From Octopus sinensis (taxonomy: Eukaryota): a stretch of 64,000 nt of DNA. The translations under genes were made by a program, and so were the position numbers. The DNA lies in NCBI RefSeq assembly GCF_006345805.1, contig NC_042998.1:136710001-136774000 (forward strand). Reading direction: 5' to 3'. Positions 11,846 to 24,850 of the stretch are shown here, in pieces. Each line of letters begins with the position of its first letter. Positions within the stretch are counted from its first letter, which is position 1. The notes under the pieces are model-generated. The model saw only the letters and a program-made list of their open reading frames with translations, was not told the DNA's origin and ran no database searches.

Positions 11846-11859
<14 letters not shown>

Positions 11860-11891
<32 letters not shown>

Positions 11892-12841
11892 ATATATATA
11901 TGCGAAAGAGAGTGAGTGAGAGAGAGAGAGAGAGACAGTCTGTGTGCGTACGTATGTGTGTGTGTGTTGACTATATGTTGGATATAATTTATGAGATGAA
12001 ATTTTGTTGTTTAAGTTTCTATTTTCATTCTGCTACGTGGTAAATATCAAAGACTATATAATGTCAGTGAAGAATATGTACGTCAAAAGATATATGGTCT
12101 CAGAAACATAGAAACGATTTTTTTATGAAGATAAATCATATTTTATTCAAAATTATTTTACATGTATACTGCTAAATATTTAATCAAATTCTGAACATAG
12201 GAAATTTCTTAAGCTTCTTTCTCGACTATTTCACTTATTAACATTGCAATAAATAATGCAATTCGAATCATTGTACAATGCCTTATCTGTGAATTTCATA
12301 CATTTGAACTTTAATGATTGCATGTGTGGTTTTATAAATGTGTTTGAGTATTTTGCGAGTGTTTTAATGTTTTTTTATACTATGTAATTCCATTATTATA
12401 ATTCTATTTCCCATTATTCAGTTGGTTTGGAGATATCATGATGTACAGAGTTCTTATTGTCTTACAAAAATATTCATACAAAGTATTTATGTATTTAAAG
12501 CATCATACTATACATACATAAATACATACATACATACATACATACATACATACATACATACATACATACATACTTACAGGCATGAATGCATAGATACATG
12601 CATACCTATATACATACACACATATATGAGTGTGTGTGCGTGCGTGTGCAAGTGTATGTATATGTTTACATATGTGTGTGTGTGTGTGTGTGTCTAAAGT
12701 TATATATAATATACACACTTACACATACATATTTACATGAGTATACTTTTAATACATACACGCAAACCTAAACTCGCACCCATATGTACATATTTATATG
12801 AATGTATACATGTATTCATGTTCTTATGCTTGTATGCATAT

Positions 12842-12887
<46 letters not shown>

Positions 12888-13825
12888 AAAGAGAGTGAGT
12901 GAGAGAGAGAGAGAGAGACAGTCTGTGTGCGTACGTATGTGTGTGTGTGTTTGACTATATGTTGGATATAATTTATGAGATGAAATTTTGTTGTTTAAGT
13001 TTCTATTTTCATTCTGCTACGTGTAAATATCAAAGACTATATAATGTCAGTGAAGAATATGTACGTCAAAAGATATATGGTCTCAGAAACATAGAAACGA
13101 TTTTTTTATGAAGATAAATCATATTTTATTCAAAATTATTTTACATGTATACTGCTAAATATTTAATCAAATTCTGAACATAGGAAATTTCTTAAGCTTC
13201 TTTCTCGACTATTTCACTTATTAACATTGCAATAAATAATGCAATTCGAATCATTGTACAATGCCTTATCTGTGAATTTCATACATTTGAACTTTAATGA
13301 TTGCATGTGTGGTTTTATAAATGTGTTTGAGTATTTTGCGAGTGTTTTAATGTTTTTTTATACTATGTAATTCCATTATTATAATTCTATTTCCCATTAT
13401 TCAGTTGGTTTGGAGATATCATGATGTACAGAGTTCTTATTGTCTTACAAAAATATTCATACAAAGTATTTATGTATTTAAAGCATCATACTATACATAC
13501 ATAAATACATACATACATACATACATACATACATACATACATACATACATACATACTTACAGGCATGAATGCATAGATACATGCATACCTATATACATAC
13601 ACACATATATGAGTGTGTGTGCGTGCGTGTGCAAGTGTATGTATATGTTTACATATGTGTGTGTGTGTGTGTGTGTCTAAAGTTATATATAATATACACA
13701 CTTACACATACATATTTACATGAGTATACTTTTAATACATACACGCAAACCTAAACTCGCACCCATATGTACATATTTATATGAATGTATACATGTATTC
13801 ATGTTCTTATGCTTGTATGCATATA
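11860..13825. repeat. 983-bp near-perfect direct tandem duplication bounded by (TA)n
   Basis: tgcgaaagagag at 11901 and 12884. Identical ORFs at 12422/13405, 12503/13486 and 12586/13569, all offset by 983. Confidence 0.95.
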
Positions 13826-13974
13826 TATATATATATATATATGTATATGTATATATATATATGTATGTGTGTATGTATGTAGGTATGTATGTATACATGT
13901 ATGTATGTATGTATGTATGTATGTATGTATGTATGTATGTATGTATGTATGTATGTATGTATATATATAAGTGT

Positions 13975-14185
13975 AACCACATGTGGATCGTTGGCGATAT
14001 TTTTCCTCCGTCTTCCTTTTCTCTTGGACTTTCCTCCGTCTCCTGTTTCTGACGAAGAGCTTTGTTTGAAACGTAAAAACCACCTTTCTTTCCTTCCCTG
14101 AGCGTCTGCTAAAACTTTGCATGTAGCACGTCCTCGAGTTGTCGTTCGTTTCTTGTGTTTCTTTTTTGCTTTTTTGGGGATTTAC

Positions 14186-14190
<5 letters not shown>
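13975..14190 (+). mobile_element. ~220-bp HHR-carrying dispersed repeat (family H); HHR motif 14045-14080
   Basis: gttt CTGACGA a gagc ttt gttt GAAA cg ta aaaac. Homologous to 19245-19450, 51870-52065 and 50400-50520(-). Ends in (TA)n. Confidence 0.7.
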
Positions 14191-14227
<37 letters not shown>

Positions 14228-15703
14228 TTTACATATATGCACACACATGTGTCTGTGTCTGCTTATGCATGTATGATAAATAATTAATAAAGCTATTACA
14301 GAAAATAGTGACCTATATGAAAGTATAATCATGTCTAGTATTGCAGATTAACTCTGGATTTCAGTTCAAATTGCATTAAACTCAACTGCACATGCATTCT
14401 CCCTAGGATTCTATTGTAGTACCCTTAGTCAATGTTACTTTATTCCATCTTTTGTACCCAGAAGAAAATTATATTTACTGTACAGACATCTCACCAGACA
14501 GACCTCACGTATGAACTCATATATGTTATGTAGATATTTAGAACGTATCTGCTGACTGTAAGACTTAATAGACAATAATGTTTATATATATGTGTGTGTG
14601 TGTGTGTGCATGTGTGCACGCGCAAGCATGTGTGTGTGTGTGCACGCGCGTGCATTTGTGTGGAGTTGCATGAGTGTGTGTGTGAGTGTATTTATAAATG
14701 TGCATCTATATTTATGTATTTGTATGTATATATATATACAGACTTCTGTATTTTGAGTATATGGTGTATAATGCGTTTCAGTTTTTACGTCAAGTTTTAA
14801 TTTTTTCCTTTGTCACTAAAATTTACCTTCGACAAAATAACGTATTTATTGTATAGTGGGAGCTTAAGTTGTTGTCAGAACAGCCAGTGAAGCACCGGTG
14901 AAAGTAGTAAATGCATAAGAGGAAGGCTGATAATATCGAAGGGAAAATAACTGCATGAAGGTGAAATAGTAGTGAGAGATACAAACTGCGCGGGAAAAAC
15001 AGACGACAACAACTTTTAACGGAAAAGGAAAAGTGAATAATTAGAAAATAACAACGAAATAATATCAGCAAGGAGAAAGAAAGAAGAAAAAAGAGATTAA
15101 AATTAGAGTGAGGAAAGAACATAATTATTTAAAAGAAACTTATGTTTTGAGAATATGAAAGTGAAAGTAAAGTTGTAGATGGTGGTGGGTTGCAGGATGT
15201 AAATAGAACAGTTTAGTGAGAAAGATAAAGCAAATGAAAAGGCAGGCAGCTGTTGAGTGTTTTATCTTACAGCCAACCAAATTTAGTCGATCGAATCACA
15301 GCATCATCAGCATCACTATCACTGCTGCAAACAACATATGCGTATGTCGTCTCTCTGTTGCTAGTGGCTATCTGCTGTGCTGTTATCGATACAAAAGCAA
15401 AACTGTTGTGTCTCTCGTACGGCATATTTTTTGTAGTTGACCATTCAGAACAACAGATGTAGCTGGTTGAATGAAGGTTTCTTTTTTGCGATATGCTTAT
15501 TTACCATAACAGTTGTGTTATAAACACTCATGATTACGATTATATAAAAAAAAGTGCTCCAAAATTTGTGCAAATTACGTGTCTATAGCCTAATATAAAT
15601 ATAAGAATATTTGTATCGATATTTATAACAGCACATAATTGTTATTATAAATATTATTATTATTATTTCTCACATAGCCACTTTTGAAAGAATTAATATA
15701 AAA

Positions 15704-16261
15704 ATGTTATCCAGCACCTGGGTAACCGTTACGTTCATCGCTGTATCTCTCAGTGTACAGGTAGTACCCTTGGAAGTATCCGCTGTATCACCCCCCAGTA
15801 AAATTAATGCTGGCGCCTGTACGTATAATTTTGAAGTTTGGAAACCCGATGAAAATATCATAGAAAGAATTGACAAACTGGAAGGTGGGACAGGTCTAAT
15901 GAATGCAACCCTGACCAGAGACCTTCTTAGTTTACGTCTGCAGGTTTTGGCAAAAGTAGATGAACTGGATAATGCTACAGCGTTGCTTCAAACCAAAGTG
16001 AAAAGTCTGGATACTCACCATCGAACAAGACATCCTCAGTCAATGAAATATGTCCCCAAAAAATCAGAGATCGATAGTATTTGGAATAGTGTTGGCGCAG
16101 TGACCAATAGGCTGGAAAGGATTACGAGTCAAATGAAGAAAATAAAGAATGAAGATGGGATAGACAACCTTCGTTCAGTTGTCGGGGATCTGAAAGCAGA
16201 ATGGATAGTGATGAAACGTGAGTTACAAAACATAAGGGCCGATGGAGACCAATCGCGGAAG
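15704..16261 (+). CDS. First coding exon of a host secreted coiled-coil glycoprotein (resembles the N-terminus of angiopoietin/fibrinogen-related or olfactomedin proteins)
   Basis: Acceptor tttctcacatag at 15677, aaaaATG at 15704 and a 186-codon non-repetitive frame. Hydrophobic signal peptide, GACTYNFEV cysteine motif, heptad-rich helices and two N-A-T sequons. Phase-0 donor AAG|GTAAGA after 16261. Confidence 0.8.
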
Positions 16262-16442
16262 GTAAGACTATTATATGAATATTTCCACGTGAGCTCCTAC
16301 GACGTACTACTCTAAAATATACATTAATATAAACATATCTCAATACACACAAACACACACACACAAACACACAAACACACAAACACATACACACATATAT
16401 GCATATATGTATGTGTCTGTACATATGTGTGTGCGCATACAA

Positions 16443-16475
<33 letters not shown>

Positions 16476-16526
16476 GTGCGTGTGCGCATATATATATATA
16501 TATATATATCTATATATATATATATA

Positions 16527-16563
<37 letters not shown>

Positions 16564-17124
16564 AAGAAGGGTAGAAATATTATTTACTACGATATATATA
16601 TATATATATTATATATATATATATCGTCACTGTGTCTGTCTGCCTTCCCTCTCACACTCTCTCTCTCCCTATACACATACATAGACCTCAACGCACTTGA
16701 AATAAATTGAAATGTAGAAATGTAAACATACATAGTTACATACATACATATATTTACATACTGTGACTGCAATTCGGAGATAACGTAGACAGCTGAACGT
16801 AAATAAACACACATGCCTTTTATTGAATTCATATTGATTGGAAATATAGTGTGTATCAATGCCTATTGAAAGTTATCTGATTTTCTACACATTATATGAG
16901 CATTTTTGATCTTCCCTTCCAAATAGGTAATTTTGTGTGTATATGTATGTGTGTGTGTGTGTGTGTGTGTATTAGTGAGTACGTACGTATGTACGAATGC
17001 CTGCTGTATGTGTGTATGTATGCATATTATGTGTATGTGTGGTATGTGTGTTTGGGCGTGTGTGTGTACGTAGGTATGTACGAATGCATGCTTGTACATG
17101 TGTATGTATGAGTGTGTGAGTGTA

Positions 17125-17162
<38 letters not shown>

Positions 17163-17256
17163 GAAAGATGAGGGGAGAATATATATATAGGCAAATCCTT
17201 ATCGATAGATAAATATGTAATTAAACATATGTATGTGTGTGTGTAGACTTTTATGG

Positions 17257-17323
<67 letters not shown>

Positions 17324-17744
17324 TACAGATAAGGAAATAATTTTATTCTCAAACGCAGGATAATGCTAATATATAGCACGAACAGATAAAGTGTCCATAC
17401 ATATATGTATATGCATGTATACCCAAACACACACGCATATGTATATATACCGATGCACAAACACACGGGCGCGCACGCATATATAGTTTAGACATCGCTA
17501 CATCAGATAGCACGTATGTGACTGCAGTGCAGCGTGGTGGTGCATGAAATAAATAACAGGTGTTTCTTTACATTTCTGTGCTACGTTCAAATCCTTTCAT
17601 ATCAGTGGAAGTTCGATCTTCTCTAGTTATCTTCTGATGCTTAACGTTGGATGCTTAAACGCAAGAAGACGAGATGGTGGTAGAAGAATCTATTATATTA
17701 GATATTATACCTGCATGCGCTAGAGTTGCTATTGTATACACACG

Positions 17745-17809
<65 letters not shown>

Positions 17810-17904
17810 ACACACACACAGATACAAACACATACACACACACACACACACACAGACATATACATACACACAAACGTGCCCTTAAGTTCTATCTTAAGTT
17901 CTTT

Positions 17905-18185
17905 ACCCATCTATTTGTTTCAGTCATTGAGCTGCAGCCGTGCTAGGGCACCGCCTTGAAGGGTTTAGTCGAATAAATCAACATCAGTACTTATTTTTAA
18001 GTTAGGTACTTATTATGTTGGCTTCTTCCGTCGAGCCGATCTGCGATTTAGTGAAACGTAACGAAATCAACAGCGGTTGTCAAATGGTAGTGTAAGATTA
18101 ACTCAAAGACTCATACACATGTATACATACACAAACATATATATGCGTATATGCGTATATATTATATATATATATATGCGTATAT

Positions 18186-18218
<33 letters not shown>

Positions 18219-18316
18219 CAAACAAACAATTCAAATAAACGAATCAAAGTAGAGTGCAGTGGGATTGAACCACAAACCACGGTGGGTGGAAAGCGAGTTT
18301 CTTAACCACACAGCCA
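17905..18316 (-). mobile_element. tRNA-derived SINE, family B (internal CA/TA microsatellite)
   Basis: Reverse-complement homolog of the full copy at 33030-33492; head at 18240-18316. Confidence 0.7.
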
Positions 18317-18329
18317 TCTATATATAACA

Positions 18330-18568
18330 GTCTGAGGACTGTCACAAGGCTACAGGCTAATTAGGCCAGAGATTATCATCGTCGCTCTGGCATTTTAAAC
18401 GAACCAAGATTAATTTGCTACTCTTCGAACTGGACACCGACCAAGCTCAGCGATAACCCCCGACAACAACTTGGGGTTTGCTGAAAAACACAACACTGCT
18501 GCTCTGTCTAGACACTGAAACTACGACCTTACACTCGATAGTTCAACATCCTAACCACTAGGTCACGT
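18330..18568 (-). mobile_element. tRNA-derived SINE
   Basis: Minus-strand head cacgtgacctagtggttaggatgttgaac..gtagtttc. Confidence 0.6.
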
Positions 18569-18659
18569 GTTTGACACGCGTACACCCACACACCCACACG
18601 CACACATGCATACATACATGCACACACACATTCATATACAAGCATGCACGTTCTTATAC

Positions 18660-18830
<171 letters not shown>

Positions 18831-19244
18831 CTATTTTCCAGGCACATATAGTATGTTATATGTAAGTACAATACAGAGTCACTCAAAATGTACTGCTTTG
18901 AGATTCAAACATCATCGTAAATTCGTATAGAAATGGATCAAATCTATATTACCAATCGGTCGTCTATATATATCGATCTGACCACAAGAACTCCTTGTAT
19001 TTTACAAAAGTTAGTGAAAAAAAAAAAGTTGGTAAGGTGTCTAAAATATCGAAATTTAACAGTTCTTTCATGCATACAATTATAATAATTTTGATTTCTA
19101 TACTGAATATTGGTTTGTGTATCAGCTTTTCAATGTTTGTTATTTAATGGTTTGAAGTTATATCAACATTGCTGGTTAATCCTACTGACACTTTTTCACC
19201 CCATCCCCCCTCTCTCTCTCTTACTCTGTATACATTTTCAAAAT

Positions 19245-19450
19245 GTAACTACATGTGGATCCTTGGCGATTTGTTTCCTCCGTCTACCTTTTCTCTTGGA
19301 CTTTCCTCTGTCTCCTGTTTCTGAAGAAGCGCTTTGCTCGAAACGTAAAACTACCTTTCTTTCCTTCTCTGAGCGTCTGTTAATACTTTGCAGGTACCAC
19401 ATCCTCGTGTTGTCTTTTCCTTGTGTTTTTCCTTCGTTTTTTTGGGGGGA
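19245..19450 (+). mobile_element. HHR-carrying repeat, family H; HHR motif 19317-19351
   Basis: gttt CTGAAGA a gcgc ttt gctc GAAA cg ta aaac: stem I gttt/aaac, GUA triplet. Confidence 0.7.
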
Positions 19451-19458
19451 TTAATTTA

Positions 19459-19537
<79 letters not shown>

Positions 19538-19583
19538 ATATATATATATATATAATATATATATATATATACACAAAACAGAC

Positions 19584-19664
<81 letters not shown>

Positions 19665-19857
19665 TATATATATATACTAAGCAATAAGGGTTTAGCAACG
19701 AGTTGCCTTACCACATACCGAATTTAGAAATAGCAGTCAAAGGGTTATAGCTATTTCTTCTACTAAAAAGGGAGATCTCAGTAAAAACAGCATTTGGAAG
19801 GCACAAACAGGTAAGAGAGAATGAATTGACTGCAATCTATCATACATTTTATATATA

Positions 19858-19895
<38 letters not shown>

Positions 19896-20099
19896 TATCA
19901 TTATATATATGTACATCAATGTGACTCTGCCTCATATAGCATAAAGTTCCAAAGAGAGGAAGATCACGTCCATCTCATCAAATATTTGGTGAAGAGATTT
20001 GAGATAAATTTAAGATGGCTTCCAGATGTTAGTCAGCTTAGATCACGTGCATAAATGTATGTATGCATACAAATGTGTATTTGTATGTATGTATGGATG

Positions 20100-21367
20100 T
20101 ACTAAGGTCGACTGAAAAAATTTATAGGTTGACCAAGATACTCTCATGGAAACTGACCGAATGAGGTTTATCAACATAGTCTCTCTTGTGGTTCACACAA
20201 TCTTCAATCGCTGTCATAGTGCTTGGATTCTATTGGTGACGAAGTTTTCATTCTGTCGTTCAAAAAGTCATCAGCAATAGATATGACGTCACCATTTTTG
20301 CGATATTGGTTCCCAGTCTAGTGTATTTTCATGTTGGGGAATAGATGATAGTCTGATGGGGCCAAATCAGGAGAATAGGGTGGGTGAACAACTAGTTCAA
20401 AACCACAATCTCGCACAACAGCCATTGAAACCAAGGGCTTGTGAGCGGGAGCATTGTTCTGATGAAATTAGACACCTTTCGTCAGTTTTCTTGGATGTGT
20501 GGTCTTGATAACCTTTCGTAACTGCCTCAGCAAGTTGGCACAGTACTCTCTACTGACGATGTGGCCGTTATGAAGACATTCAATGAACACAGTGCCTGTT
20601 ACATCTCTGTTACATCTAAAAAAAAACAAACGGATGCCATGACCTTCCCTGCAGATGAAACGACCTGAGCTTTCTTTCGGGCAGGTGAGGAGGGGTTTTC
20701 CACTACATGAATTGTCTCTTTGCCTCTAGTTGAGTGATGAAACCAACACTCATCCTCGGTTAGGAAACGCCCGAGGAAACCAGCGAGGTCTACCTAAAAC
20801 ACTGTCAGATTTTCCAGCAATGTGGAAGACGTGGAACCCAATGAGCAGGAACGTTCGACATACCAAGCTCATTGCGCAGAATATTCTCAACTCTCTCATG
20901 GAATATGTTAATAACAGTAGCTCGTTGATTTATAGCCAATCGTGTGTCATCCAGCATCATGTGGTGAACATGATCAATGTTTTCCTCAGTGGTGGCAGTT
21001 GCAAGATGTCCAAACATTGGGTCAAGACTCTCCTATCTCCTCCTAAATTCATCTGCCCACCTTCGCACTGTTGATAAAGCTGGAGCATCATCTACTAATG
21101 GAGAAACCATGCCAGCATGAAAGTCCTTGGGAGCTGAACACTTTTTCTGTAGGTTCTTTATAACACCACAATACCAAATTTTATCAATTTCCAAGAAAAG
21201 TCGCTACGAGTTATGTTTTAAGTCTTACTTGAATAGTCAGATGTCAGTTTAACTGGAAGGAAATAATGCTGTTATTAATAAGGGTTGAAACCAATGCATG
21301 CAAGGTTCAACAGCTCTAGCATCACTCATTCATAGTAACCCTATGAACTTTTCAGCCCACCCTCGTA
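20100..21367 (-). mobile_element. Full-length (~1.27 kb) degenerate mariner DNA transposon
   Basis: TA-flanked imperfect TIRs (tactaaggtcgactgaaaaaatttatagg / cctatgaacttttcagcccaccctcgta). Transposase remnant ..NILRNELGMSNVPAHWVPRL (ORF 20805-21017). Confidence 0.88.
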
Positions 21368-21410
21368 TGTATGTATGTATGTATGTATGTATGTATGTAT
21401 GTATGTATGT

Positions 21411-21519
21411 CGTTATTCAGTTTATTTCAAGATTTCTTGCCAATAGAGAAAGAACAGGTTTCTAACCTAGATCCAAGTCTCCTTCATTGGAATTTCAACA
21501 TCCACAACAGGGTATTTTT
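21411..21519 (-). mobile_element. 3' terminal fragment of RLE retrotransposon family C, embedded in (GTAT)n
   Basis: Reverse complement of 40168-40285; the shared spurious peptide SLFSLFQDFLPIEKE.VSNLDP appears in ORFs 21371 and 40205. Confidence 0.8.
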
Positions 21520-21628
21520 GTATGTATGTATGTATGTATGTATGTATGTATGTATGTATGTATGTATGCATGTATGTATATATACATATACTAAATCTCT
21601 CTCTCTCTCTCTCTATCTGTCTGTCTGC

Positions 21629-21677
<49 letters not shown>

Positions 21678-21718
21678 CATCCATCCATCCATCCATCCAT
21701 CCATCCATCCATCCATCC

Positions 21719-21779
<61 letters not shown>

Positions 21780-21849
21780 CATGTGTGTGTGTGCGTGTGT
21801 ATGAGATTTAATTAGTCTCTTCTATCATTCTATCATCGGTTTCAACCAG

Positions 21850-23350
21850 GTGCTGTGGCCATACTGTGCCAGCGCCATAAGTGCTAACGCTTGTTTACTT
21901 TTGACTCACTTCCCGGTTTTGTCTCCGAAATTGGTTCTGGTGAAGTAATGAGTCGGACAGAGTTGCTCTTATTTGTCGTGAAGTGAGTCCATCCGGTATC
22001 AGTTAGAAAATGATCTAATTGTACTTTGAAAACATTTACAAATATACCTCATAAACCTCTGATGTTTTTTGACATGATATTGAAAATGCAGGTCTTCGAA
22101 CCCTTAACTGTTACAGTACTGGATATTTACTCTGGAAGGAGAGTGTAAGATCTTTTGGTAGTATGCAGTGGTGTCCAGTCCAGTGAGTGGTATTCAATCC
22201 TAAAGCTAGATGCGAGACCTTGTAGGATTTTCCATATATATATATATATGTGTATATATATATATACATATCACTGCAAATATTTCGCATCTTCTCTCCA
22301 TTGAGTAAAGCCTCAACTTTAGTTTCATCCAGTTCTCTCGTACGAGACAATACTCGTTGTGCAGTGGCGTTGGACTGCTTCTTGTTCTGTTAATTTGACG
22401 CTTTGTAGCGACTATAATTGTGGGCAACAATACAGGCGCAAAACACGCTCTCCATAAGAGCATCATGGCTTCTCGCTTCCGTGTACTGAATCATCTCATA
22501 ATTCAATTCAACAAGTCAGTCACCTACACTTTATTGGCATCGTCGTAATATGCACATTGAACGATGCATCGTCAGTCATGTTGATTCCCTGGTTACGTAC
22601 CGACTCTGATTCTGGGAATGCAATAGTCTGTGATATTGTGTGTTCTGGCTGTAATTTACTTGTGGGTTGATTTTAGAGTTCATGAAACCTGTCAGGATTC
22701 AACTGCATATTGTTCTCTACAGCCCATTTGCATATTGCATTAAAATTTTTCTGTAGTTTAGAGGTTTTCTTCAAGGCCCTTGATTGACTATGGTACTTCT
22801 GTATTATTAGCATACTGATGAGAGTGCCTGGCTCTATGACTGAAGACAGGTCTGATACAGCCACCATGAACAGCAGTGGACCAAGTACAGGTCCTTTACA
22901 TTGATTTCTTCTCGGAGAGTGCATCACTGGCTGCGATTGCCCGTCTCCTATCTTTTAAAAATGCATAGAGTCATTTTCCTAGTTTTCCAACGACACGAAG
23001 CTCGCGCAGTTTGTGATTCGTCACGTGATCGACTTTGTAGAAGGTCTCGGCAAATTCGAAATAAATCACATCCGCATTTGAACGGTTGAGCAGTTGTTTC
23101 AAATTTAATGCTGTTGTAATTATGTAAGGCAGCGACTTCCTCGACGAAGCAATACTACATGTTAGTGGGCAAGGCATTTTCTTTTAAGAACATGATTAGC
23201 TTCCTTCTTTCAATGCTTTCAATGGCTTTGCTGTCATGTGAGGTCAGAGAAATAGTGTTAGCGTCATCTCTTCTTCCTCCTTTGCGGACAGGGCATACAT
23301 CTTCTTTTAACATTTTGGTACGTTTGCCACAAGTGAGGAAGTTCTGGGAA
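21850..23350 (-). mobile_element. Old, degenerate CR1-like LINE RT/3' fragment
   Basis: GPVLGPLLFMVAVSDL..W..NNMQLNPDRF (22673-22927), ADVIYFEFAETFYKVDH (22971-23177) and LRLYSMERRCE (22206-22466). Confidence 0.8.
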
Positions 23351-23542
23351 GTATCTGCAGTGATTTAATGAGAGCTTACTTTAAAAGAAAAATTTGGAAA
23401 ACTGTATATATGTGTGTATCCATGCATATGCATGTATGTTGATAACTATAATGACTTGAATGGTGAATGTTCTATCATTCATTGGGAAGGTAGACGTGAA
23501 CTTTATACGCTTGAACAGATTTTTGTTTCCCCCCTCTCTCTT

Positions 23543-23580
<38 letters not shown>

Positions 23581-24172
23581 GTGTTGTAAATTTATGGAAA
23601 GGAATCCCATAAAACTCAACAATTTTGTTTAAAATGGAGAAGATGTTAAAATATATAAGAGAATTTTAATTCATGTAGACGATCGCTTCGTACAGAGATA
23701 TCAAAATCATGCAAATTCATGGTTGAATTGAATTGATTAAATTAATTAAATTAAATAAATATCAGAAAGGAAATAGGAGAATAGAATCTAGGGGATTCAT
23801 ATCTATCCTTATGAGAAAAAAAGATATATGTTCAGTCAGGTATTAACTATAACTAAAGACTATAACGGTTATTTGAAATGACTAAAGGCTATAACGGATA
23901 AATATGGATCTCCTAGATTCTATTCTGCTATTTCCTTTCTCAGGTCCTTTGTAAAAATTTTGTTTATACTTCTTCCACTGAAGGGTACAGTGATATATAA
24001 TTAATGTAATTAATTTAATCAGTTCAGTTCAACCATGAATTTGCATGATTTTTATATCGCTGTACGAAACGATCATCCGCATCAATTAAAATTCTCTTAC
24101 ATATTTTAACATCTCTATTTTTATCAAAATTGTTGAGTTTTATGGGATTTTTTTCCATAAATTCACAACACA
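23581..24172. repeat. Older double inverted repeat with a relic hammerhead (PLE pLTR-like)
   Basis: 23581-23763 pairs with 23991-24172, and 23764-23803 with 23902-23940. Relic HHR at 23978-24077. Confidence 0.7.
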
Positions 24173-24699
24173 CTATTTGCAAGTATTATTTTCATATTCG
24201 CAAATTTGTGCTTGTAAACAACCAACAAAATATGAAGAACCAATATTAGAAATCACTTTTGGAAACCTCTAAATTAAAGTACGAATCTAATTCAACCTTT
24301 CTACACACACACACACACATATAAAATTTGTTTACGGGGAAAGTTTTGAATATGCAAATAAAGCTCCCATTCTAATGATGCTGATAGGTGAACCGGTTTT
24401 CGCTTTGGGTTGCATCGAGCTGTACCGATACAATGTAGGATAAATATAGTAATAATAACAATAACCCCTGAATAGAATTTATAAACATTTAATGTTTATT
24501 CAATGTTTATAAATTCCATCCAAGTATTATTGTTATCATTACTAAACCACACATCTTCCATAAAATTATGGCTGTTTCGAAATCTTCATGTAATATCAAT
24601 TTTAGTATGCAAGAAATTGTATGTGCATGTTTGTATTGATATTGTGTTGAATCGAAAGATTTACAATATTTTGGTAACACATTTGCTTTATTCGTCAAG

Positions 24700-24850
24700 T
24701 TACAACAAAGGTAGCCTAACATTCAAATTAGAGGCAACCATGTTGCACTGTCTGAAGCCACTTTTCTGCCAGTTCTTTGATTCCACGCTGATACCAGTTC
24801 TTGTTCTCCGAGGTGAAGAACTCCATCACTGAAGGTTCCACGTCCTCTTG
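24700..24850 (-). pseudogene. Mariner transposase C-terminal relic
   Basis: Minus translation EDVEPSVMEFFTSENKNWYQRGIKELAEKWLQTVQHG resembles the mariner C-terminus. Confidence 0.6.

Larger units (their letters stand above)
5240..11850. mobile_element. Penelope-like 3' end / pseudo-LTR present as a long inverted repeat; right arm split by a 4.6 kb insertion
   Basis: 5424-5915 is the reverse complement of 11165-11666, and 5930-6168 of 6299-6550. Microsatellite patterns at 5245-5370 mirror 11730-11850. The shared peptide [13 protein letters not shown] appears in ORFs 5247(+) and 11568(-). Confidence 0.85.
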
